A DNA stretch of 64,000 bases, taken from positions 1,192,917-1,256,916 of the forward strand of contig OZ316892.1 of the NCBI GenBank assembly GCA_973895155.1, given 5' to 3'. How positions within the stretch are numbered: the first letter of the stretch is position 1; every line of letters starts with the position of its first letter. A program made the position numbers and the translations under genes. The stretch comes from Marsupella aquatica. Taxonomy: Eukaryota > Plantae > Marchantiophyta. This document shows positions 50,291 through 64,000 of the stretch, in pieces. The notes beneath the pieces were generated by a model. It was not told the DNA's origin, did no database searches, and was given only the letters and a program-made list of their open reading frames with translations.

Positions 50291-50397
50291 AGGTGTGAAC
50301 CACAAGAATTCCTTTCTATTTTTCCGGGGCCTAAATTGGACCAGGCAAGGTGTGAACCACAAGAATTCCTTTCTATTTTTCCGGGGCCTAAATTGGA
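50291..50397. repeat. 50-bp exact duplication, period 57
   Basis: AGGTGTGAACCACAAGAATTCC...TAAATTGGA at 50291 and 50348. Confidence 0.92.
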
Positions 50398-50894
50398 ACA
50401 GACGTATAATGTGGATTGATCATCAGCGTTTCTGGATTAGATGCGTCGCTAACTGACATGCGATCTTTCCAGCAGAAGAATGATGTCCCCTTTTTCCTGG
50501 ACATGACGCATAGACTGTGCCCCATCAAGTCAGTTGTCCTTTGCTGACGAGGTCTAATCTACTGTATCCATAATAAAAAATCCACACCCTATCCTTTGAC
50601 ATTGACTCGGTCGACATTTTTTCCGCTTGTTGCTACAGTCCATCAATGTTCACGGAAGACTGCCCAGTCTCGATGTTGAGGTCGACATGCATGCAGGCGA
50701 CAAGTCTTCTTGGTCGAGACTTGGTAAGAAAGCCGAATTGTAAGCTAGAATTCGACATCGAAATTGAGATCAACGGTCAAGTGCACATACTTGGGCATGT
50801 AACGGGGAGAACCATCGGCACCATGACCTGCTGATAAATGCACATATTCCAGTAGCACCTATTCATGGTAGCAGCAGTTCATGGTGCCAACGTT

Positions 50895-50988
50895 CCTCCT
50901 AGTTAAAAGAGTCCCATCCAAATTGTTCTCCAGAGTGTAACCCTCCTAGTTAAAAGAGCCCCATCCAAATTGTTCTCCAGAGTGTAAC
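50895..50988. repeat. 47-bp two-copy tandem duplication
   Basis: CCTCCTAGTTAAAAGAG(T/C)CCCATCCAAATTGTTCTCCAGAGTGTAACC at 50895 and 50942. Confidence 0.92.
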
Positions 50989-52195
50989 CTCCACAGGTAG
51001 AAACTGTCGACGTGAAAATTTTGAAATCTTGCAGGTGCACATTCCAGGTCAATGCCTGCAGCTTGGACCCGTGTCTGATGACCGGGCCCTATTCTACATG
51101 TCAAATGCTGTTCTATACCATGCTCGTAAAGAACCAAGGCTAAGAAAGCAGTAGAAATAGAAGAGGTGTTCTTCAGTCATGACGAAAGTTTGCCCAAATA
51201 AGCGGTCCCCTTCTGAGCGATGTCTAAGTTAACCAGGTTATTGATCACGAACCCACCTCGCAGATTCACGTGTTGAACTCGATCATGCTATATGCTGCAT
51301 GTGGCTGTGATGAACTGGAAAGAAGCAGCAGTCGAGTGAGGTAGTTAGAGACAGAAAACACTCAACGATGTGAAAACGTGCACCAGTTGACTGACTCGAA
51401 TGGAGCTGACATAACTGCGAAAAGAAGTAGAATTCCTTTACCTACGTACTTAAGGCAGCAAATTGTCGTGAATGTAAAACACTAGCTGAGGAGGCCATGT
51501 ACAGAATTATTGACGCAAGTTATTATTAATAACAATAGATACACGATGCAGTGGATTACGGTCAACTTGGCAACTTGCATCTAGTGTAGGCTGTCCGAGT
51601 CGTGATTGCCATCAGACGATGCTTGGACTATCACGATTGCAAACTAGCGAGAGCCTTGGTGACTTCAAGTGTTGCACCGCCCGGCCCTCAGATCTGTACC
51701 TCGAATGAATTAAGGGAATCAAATCAATGACAACCAGTTACGTTACAGTAGATCGAAGACTTAGAGGTGTAGATAGTAGTAGAGCATGATAACAGACAAG
51801 TACACAACGTGAAGTCACGTAGATAGGATTTAGAGTGAACATCACAGACCTCGATCGAATTCCCAGACTTCATCCTAGCTTATTTTCAAGGCAAGCTCTG
51901 AAACGATTTCTTCAAGCGCATCAGACGTGCAGATGGAAAAACTCAATACCGTCAGGACCGAGAATTCCCCGAATCAACCCGAACACAATATAAAGCTTTC
52001 CCATTTTATCGATCGATTAATGCTTTCGTTTCAATTGGAATCTCTCCGCTTCAGTCCCACGAAATGCTAGACTCTTCGTTATGGTAACGACTGGTTCGAC
52101 CAAATTTAAACGTACTATATTGGACTCAGATTTCTGGAACATCCTTCGACTGCTTTCCCTGACATCACAACGGGCTCCACAGGCCCGACCGGGGT

Positions 52196-52300
52196 TTCAA
52201 TGGCAATCCTCCAACTGCGCAGTTCCAACCTTACAACACACTGAGATTTCAAGCGTAAGACATCAGTGTGCAATGTAGAAGCACCACAAGCATGATCGGG
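52196..52300. repeat. ~105-bp dispersed direct repeat, second copy at ~55793-55898
   Basis: CAATGGCAATCCTCCAACTGCGC...TTCCAACCTTACAACA...CATCAGTGTGCA...TAGAAGCACCACAAGCATGATCGGG in both places. Confidence 0.88.
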
Positions 52301-54569
52301 GGCCCGACCCGACCACTATTTCAGTTCTAATCATGATCGAAAGAAAGTATAATGGTATGTATGTCCCGATGCACGGTCATGCCAACCCGGTCTCACATAT
52401 ACGAGACAGCTTGCTGAGCAGTATTATGAACATCCGCTCACTTCGTTGCTGCTGGAGCGGTCGAGACGGTGTCCTGGTCTAATAATGCTTGCCGAGTACT
52501 GGCAGCTAAAAGAGTCGTTCAGTCAAATACGCAAATAACCAAGTCGACAGCAGTCGTTTATTAGTGGTACTTTGGGTATGGACTTATGTTCATTGCTCTT
52601 GATTCCCAACTAAGACCTAGACAACGTCGACGTACGCACAGATGCCCCGCTTTCAATGGCCAACTCGATTCATTAAAGAGATGTATATTATATTTGCTAG
52701 ACTATTTAGTGTGCAGGCATCATCGCATTGCAGACGGGACCCGAGATGGGAAGAAAGACAAGTTCACCCCAGCCGTTTGTGCGAAGGTCAAGTTAGGACG
52801 GGGCACAACTAATTTAGCGTACAGTAACTTACAGCTTCCAAACTCTACTAAGCACCGAATGTAAGATCACTTCCTAACTACGGTACAATTATGTACAACA
52901 CAACATTGGATAAAAAAAACTAAACAAGAAACTTGTGAGGTGCTCTATCATTTAGGCTCTAATGACAACCACCCAGGGCATAATGTTAGTATTTAGGCAG
53001 CGCGTAGTCCTTCATATATAATACCTGAAGAAGATTCAGCATGAAGTGTCTGTCGAGCATGACGTTCGTGATAACTCATCGCTTGCCTGTGCGGTAGTTT
53101 AGGACGAATGAGGTTTCCTTCTTCCCAGCTCAGTTGCACATGTGCGTTCGATTCGGGGTCGCCAGCAAATGGTGATAGTATGGCTGATTCAAGAAGAGTC
53201 AACTGGTGGCTCGACAGTCACTGCACAGAGCACTGAATCGAGGTCGCCAAACAGGGCAAGGGCAAGCAAAAATTGCAGCAACATTCATGACTAACAATCC
53301 ACCAGCAGACCGTGGGCAAAGAACTAACGACGAGCCAGCTCCTTAAGTACCGCAGGCCGAATTCTACCGTAGCCAACGATCGATGGATGGTTCGGTGCAT
53401 CCGGGACTAGAGCGGACACGAGAGTCCTGATCTGCGGCGGCTTGTTCAGAACTAGTCAGTTCTTGTTCGTGTTGTGGAGTGTACACCTAGGAAGGACTAA
53501 GAAACTCGGCTAGCTAGGCTAAATTCATGATGTCTGACTGACCCTCTAAGCTAGTTTCAGGCTGGAATCCATAAGTTACAGCATCCGGTAGCAGCTGTGA
53601 GCCAGGCTGTGACAGAGGTCCAGTTCGATCCAAGTACCCTAAGTACAGACCGGCACACATGACTCAGATGGGCTCACGGGCCTGTCACGTACACCAGCCT
53701 GGTCAGGTTTTAAATTTCCCGCATATCCTTCAGTGCACCGTGCGCGAGTTTTGTGGTCAGCTTCTGCAAAATGGCTAGCTATATATATCATAGGCAAGCA
53801 GATGGCAATCATACCTGCTTTGGCACCCACAACTCGCTCAAACAAATTCGGACCAAGTCTATCTACAAGTAAGACATCCTTTTGCCTTCGGACCACGGCA
53901 GCGTCACATTCCTTTCTCCCTGATTCCAGTTGCATCGGTTGCACTGAAAACTTAACGACTCACGATGCCATCACGCTGATGAACAGCACGTTCATGGTAA
54001 AGCCCTAACACGCCGGACAGTAAGCATCCTTCCTCGTTGACAGACAATCTTGTAGGACCAGACTCACTTGGCACCAGGGAATTTCAATGTGTAACAGACT
54101 GAACCCAAAAAGAAGCCTGCGAACGACATTCAGCAAAGCTTGTCGAATCACTGGGGGGACGGGGTGACTTCTTCGGAAGAGAAGCACTGTAGCTATGGTG
54201 TTTGCATGCCAGCTATTGCGTCACGCAGGCCAGTACAAAGTAGTCTAGTACCAATGCATGTCCGCAGAACTGGCATCCTGCAGTAGCTTTGACCACCTGT
54301 CAGTGAATTTTAGCTTTTCGATGTGCAGGAATCATTCACAGCAGATCTACCTCCAGTAGCAGTTAGTATTCAATCTCCCATGGATGGTGACTTTGTACTA
54401 AGTAACACTTGTAACAATTAACCTAACAATCAAGGGTGGGTTTGCACACATTACCCACTACTACTATTCACTTACTCTTGCACCATTCTATCTGAGAACC
54501 ATGATAGTGTCACTAGGCCAATTAATTTATTATCTCATCCATGACACATTTTTATGAGTGAGTTAGATC

Positions 54570-55510
54570 AATTGATGATAAATGTAATATCTTAAAGATT
54601 TTTACCTTATAATAATATTAATTAATATTCCAAAACTAAAGTACTTATAACATTTACGTATGAATTTTTCATTTTTATATTAAATATTCACGTATGAATT
54701 TTTTATCTTGATAAGATAATCAATATTAAAAATCTAAATATTTATAATAAAATATTTTATATATTTGATAAATTAATTATATTAAAAATATTATTATATT
54801 AAAATAAATTTTTAATAACAAAATAAAATATAATAAAATTATTAATTAATAAAAATTATTTTTATAATTATATTAAATTTTATAATTTTAATTAATTATA
54901 TTTTTAAATAAATTTTTAAATAATATAAAAATATAATTTGTATATAAAAATATAATATTATTGAATTAATTTTAATAATAATTAAAAATTTTATTTTTAA
55001 AAATTATTTAAATTTAAATTATTAATATTAAAGAAATATTTTAAAAGTAATATTTTAAAAAATATATTTTTTATATATATCAAAATTAAATATATATTTT
55101 AAAAAATAAAATAAATATATAAAATAATTTAAAATAAAATAAATATTTCTTTGTCAAATTATCTTAAATTTAATTATTTAATTTAATTATTAATTTTATA
55201 TTAAATATTAAAAAAATAAATTATAAGATAATTTGACAAAGAATTATAATAAAAATATATATTCAATTTAAAAAATTTTATAATAAAAATTTAATCAAAT
55301 TTAAATTATATTAAAATAATTATTTTAATTTATTATTATTAATTATTTATAATTTAAAAAATATAAAATAATTTTTATAAAATAATTTTTAAATTTAAAT
55401 GTCAATGATAATATTAAATCTATGTAATTTTAATTTTATAATGGTATAAAAAATTCAAAATAGAAACATTAATAAATGGAGTACTTTCAAAAATAATTGA
55501 AAAAAAATCA
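54570..55510. other. Extreme AT-rich island with internal 20-bp perfect inverted repeat
   Basis: Manual count gives 19 G/C in 54721-55380 (660 nt, ~3% GC). TTCTTTGTCAAATTATCTTA (55147-55166) pairs with TAAGATAATTTGACAAAGAA (55224-55243). Confidence 0.92.
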
Positions 55511-55522
55511 TAAGTTGTAGAC

Positions 55523-55811
55523 TTTCAGAGACAATCCTCCAAACTGAATTTCATTGGCAAACATGGCACTTTCAATGCCAATCCTCCAAACTGAGTTTCA
55601 TTGGCAAACATTGCCCTTTCAATGGCAATCTTCAATGGCAATCCTCCAAGCTGAGCTTCATTGGCAAACACCCCAAGCCTCCAAGCTGAGTTTCATTGAC
55701 AAACATGGCACTTTCAATGGCAATCCTCCAAACTGAGTTTCATTGTCAAACACCCCAAGCCGTTTCAGTGGCAAATCCTCCAAGCTTAGTTGCAATGGCA
55801 ATCCTCCAACT
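55523..55811. repeat. Degenerate ~47-bp minisatellite, ~7 units
   Basis: Unit approximately TTCAATGGCAATCCTCCAAACTGAGTTTCATTGGCAAACATGGCACT. Confidence 0.88.
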
Positions 55812-58689
55812 GCGCCCAATTCCAACCTTACAACATCACTGAGATTTCTAGCGGACGACATCAGTGTGCACTCTAGAAGCACCACAAGCATGATCGGGAT
55901 ATGCCTCACCAGCATTGGAACAGCATGTCAGTGCTACAAATGTCATACAAGGATAGCTAGCGAGCTTCTCAGTCAATGATGGTCTTCATCCGATCCATTC
56001 TGTAACAAAATATTGTGACTGTGGCACTTGCTTACCTCGACTGGATGGACTACAAACAAGACATTGCGGCACTCGCTGACCTCGAATGGAAATGGAATAC
56101 AAAGGCTTTGCCCTGAACTATATAGGCGAAGTACTGCGTGAAGCTTGCGAGTCGAATGATCGCACGCTAGGTAGGGAGGGGATCAGATAACGTACACCGG
56201 GACCCAGTTCTGGACGGTGCAAGGGTTTACTAAACTGGCTTCACGACAGCTAGAATTTCGATTCCGATTCTGACTGGAATTGATTGTTTTTGGAGTTGGG
56301 TGCTTGTCATGCTTTGATACGAAGACAGGCGCGAAATGTGGTTAAGGATCTCGGCCTTGAATCTTGTGCAAGTTTTCCTCACATCGGGCCCTCTCCTTCG
56401 ATCTTTCCCCTCCCAAGCAGGACCATGATCACTATAGATTAATCACAGTTAATTGCCACCGGCCAAAGGCTGACTTGAATTGAAAGGTGAAGCAGATGGA
56501 TTCGTCAGCACTCAACAGATGAAATCATGTTCCAGACGTCTCTATCAGTGGTCGGTCATAGATCTTGCAACTTGTCAGTATAAATAATTGTATAGAACGC
56601 AGTTCGCATTCCAATTAAAGCCCGTTTCGTAGGTCCATTTCTTCCTCGTTACAGATTCTATCTCTAACAAACTATTTCCAAGTTGACAACAGCTGCCATT
56701 CCGTTCATCTGCTACTATGCTTCGACCGCCATCTTCAGATAAGAGATATTTCCAGATTAGTAGCGCCGGCGTCGAAACCTTGCAATGCCCGGAGGTCGGT
56801 TGTAATAAAATACGCTTACAAGGAAGCCACACCCAAATCTGCCAGCTACTGACCAATATTCCGACAGATGATGTACAGGTGTATGATGCACTACAAAGTC
56901 CAAGAGTTCTCAGTCCTTAACGGATCATAAAGCCCTCCCGTGGTAACAGCTTCACAGAAATAATCAGAAATTTATCACTCTCCGGGCTGCCTGGCTGCAA
57001 TTATGGCTATTAGACAGCGGCCAGCTTACGCTTGTCGTCAATTCTCGACCAGCCCCTCTGAGATTTGCGGTCCTGGCTCAGACGGGACAGCGTAAGGTAC
57101 TGTGCGACTAGCTCTACAAGTTAAAATTCTGACATTTGGTCGGTGCTTGGTCGACGTCGATCAATGCAGGTCAAAAAAATCGACGTGACTGTGGTCGGTG
57201 CATGCCTGGCGTGAACTCTTATAATCATTTGCTATCTGGTCGGTGTTTCAGTAACATCGCTACATCATCACTCAAATTCGAACAGTGATATCGTTCAGCT
57301 CCGTTCGAATGTACAGCGTACAGACAGCAGTGTCTCAAGTGGCAACGGCCCAACACCCATCTTCCTCCTCCAGTCAACTTTGTCATGTTTCTCGAAGTTC
57401 TTTCATTCAATCCATAGCCTGTAATGATCTCGCCCAGTTCGCATTGGGTTATAATAATCCGAATCAATGGAATCTTGTTGGCTGGTGGGCCCTGGTTGGC
57501 TCCAACCCAGTTGTTCATATCTTTGTCAGGACTCGCATAGGCACGGTCCACATTTCAGTTTGTCTGGACATAACAAGACGGCACGGCGTGTCAACTGCGC
57601 ACAATACTAAATGTCTGTCGCTGATCTGGGGAAAAGAAACCTTGGGAAAACCGTGTGGACATGCCGTCGTGACAATCGTTCGCGTCATCTCACAGGCGAG
57701 GTAGACGTTACGCCCAAGCCACCTGGACTGTAGGCTTGAAGTGATACCCATACAGACACGTTAATTGATCATCTGTAAGAGAGTTACTGTGTACGTACTG
57801 TCCCAGGTCATACATTTTGACACGCTCATACACTGTTCCGTGATCCATATCCTGAGCCGAAAAATTCACATGTATGAAAATCAAATCTATGAAGTTAAGA
57901 CCTTGACTACTAGGTGGATGTCCCGAAAGCACAAGTGTTGGAGTCCACTTCCATGACATCTCATGTGATTAAATACAAATATAATCAAATCTCGAATATC
58001 AACCGATTTTGTTATAAAATAGTAAACGAAAATTCCACTCAGCTGCAAAGATTCAAAGATCAGATGAAAAGAAAATAGAAAGAAATTACTCAGCTAATGA
58101 ACATAATCCCGTTAGCTACGGTCACAACCTATCGAAAGTACATGAGCGAGAGCAATACAATTATCACTTCCCGGAAATGATGATCTTGGCTCATGCAGTA
58201 GTGCTATCAATACAAATCACAGCTTTTGGAAATGTATAGACGAACACTGACGGGACCATATTGTGGGTGGTTAAGCTTTGTCAAGTGTTTCCTCCCGCAT
58301 CTTCACAAACAGGAAGAGATCTTCTGCCATGATTGGAGAGTCTCAGAGCATAAAAAATCGGAAGCCACCTCTTAACTACTAAACTTGTTGGCTTTCTCTT
58401 GTTGCTGGAGTTTAAACATGTGACACGATCAGCATCTGTTCCAGTTTATTACATACATCTTACATTTTCGTTTTTGGGGTTCAATGTTCAATGTTCAATG
58501 TTGCTAGCTACGTGTTAACCATAAGATTTACACTAAAACAGCGGTGTACGCCAATCCTATTGCAATCGTACAGCAGATCACCATCGTCACTCGCACTGCA
58601 ATAACCCGTGCAGATTACCTGTTCGAACATGCGTTCTATTAGAAAGCCTGGTGGTGATTGGTGTGTAGGATTGCCTCGTGCGTTACGGT

Positions 58690-58828
58690 TATCCTTCCCA
58701 GTTCCAACGACCTCCTGCCTGCATGCAACTAAATTAACTGGAAAACAATTGCCAGTGTTTAGGGCTATCCTTCCCAGTGCCAACGACCTCCTGCATGGAT
58801 GCAACTAAATTAACTGGAAAACAATTGC
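58690..58828. repeat. 76-bp-period two-copy tandem duplication
   Basis: TATCCTTCCCAGT.CCAACGACCTCCTGC...GCAACTAAATTAACTGGAAAACAATTGC at 58690 and 58766. Confidence 0.9.
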
Positions 58829-59741
58829 TGGTGTTTCGTCCAGTGGCAAACGATAAACATTCTAAAGTACAAGACTCTAATGTCCGATTATTGTAGGAAA
58901 TGACTACTGTTCTACTTCTTCCAAAACATACAACTCACACAGTGACCCACAGTACATTCGTTATCTGAAACTCTAGACATCTATTCATGCATGATAATGA
59001 TAGTACATTTGTAGCATCAATCCACAGAAACAGAATTATGTCAATCACCTGAGTCACGAAAACAGGTGTGCATGGAGTGATCCTATACTATAACAAAACA
59101 TTATTTGTAGGGATAAATGGCCTTAGTTGGTGATGCAGCATTTGTATAATTAAGATCCCATGCAGAGAGTCCAATTTATCAGAAAAGATCTTATTCACAA
59201 ATATGTAGAAGCTTGTCCAATGCCAGTTCTCAAAATTTTCCCTTTCATTGAAGATCCAAAGTTCATGTCGGCAAGTCCAACGATGAACAACCTCGTTTTT
59301 AATCGAATTCTCAGTTATCGGTGTGGAAAATTGCGATCAGGGAAAGGAAGTTTTAGTTGAGATTGGACTAATGAAGGGTGAGAGCTCGTAAACCTGTGCA
59401 TACTCCCTGTAAAAAGCTCGTCATGTTGTAGGGTGTCAACGCACAGAGTAGGTTTCTACAGAATTTTAAAGAAAGATGGCAGGTCGCCCTGTAGAAACGT
59501 GGACCATGAGTTCTCTCCCACCGCAAAAATATTGGTATGTGCGAATGATGTTTACGAGGGGGCCAATATCATCAATGAATTGATCCATAAGTTGAACTAG
59601 ATTGGCAACCAATACACGGGATATTCGTATGATTCGCTTACCTTGCTCTTCGCCTTTACAATAGATAAATTGAATGCAATGTGACTCAAAATCCAATGAG
59701 AGTCTTGAATCCAGAATTAATTTAACTACGCAGAAATCTAC

Positions 59742-63953
<4,212 letters not shown>

Positions 63954-64000
63954 TCAACACTATGAAATCTTGCACTCTAGAAAGCACTACAAGGGGTCAC

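Noticed and set aside
55523-55811. CRISPR-like appearance of the ~47-bp array (also the 78-bp and ~72-bp arrays)
   Set aside because: Units are contiguous and degenerate with no unique spacers or cas genes, and the context is eukaryotic.

Overview
Eukaryotic nuclear DNA from a land plant, most likely a bryophyte/liverwort (inferred from gene content and intron style; not provable here). The first ~15 kb is a nest of mobile DNA. A near full-length but dead L1-type LINE (~3454-14331) sits in a 78-bp tandem repeat with an 11-bp target-site duplication (TSD). It is itself split by a 3.07-kb element with 24-bp terminal inverted repeats (TIRs) and an unusual 4(-5)-bp TSD. The rest holds spliced genes: a stand-alone alpha/beta-hydrolase of the type found on liverwort hydrolase-NLRs (Cys at the nucleophile position), Ycf54, an LR-type serpin, a nocturnin-like EEP phosphatase, a MEB-like zinc-motif protein lacking its membrane domain and hit by a recent 732-bp tandem duplication, bifunctional AIR carboxylase (PurK-PurE) and CDC48 (5' end off-window). 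There is also an intronless bacterial-type glutamine synthetase-like pseudogene, a tRNA-derived SINE family (3 copies with TSDs plus 1 relic), many short two-copy tandem duplications and a ~97% AT island with an internal hairpin. No rRNA, intact tRNA or CRISPR array was seen. Exon boundaries were read by eye and no database searches were possible.
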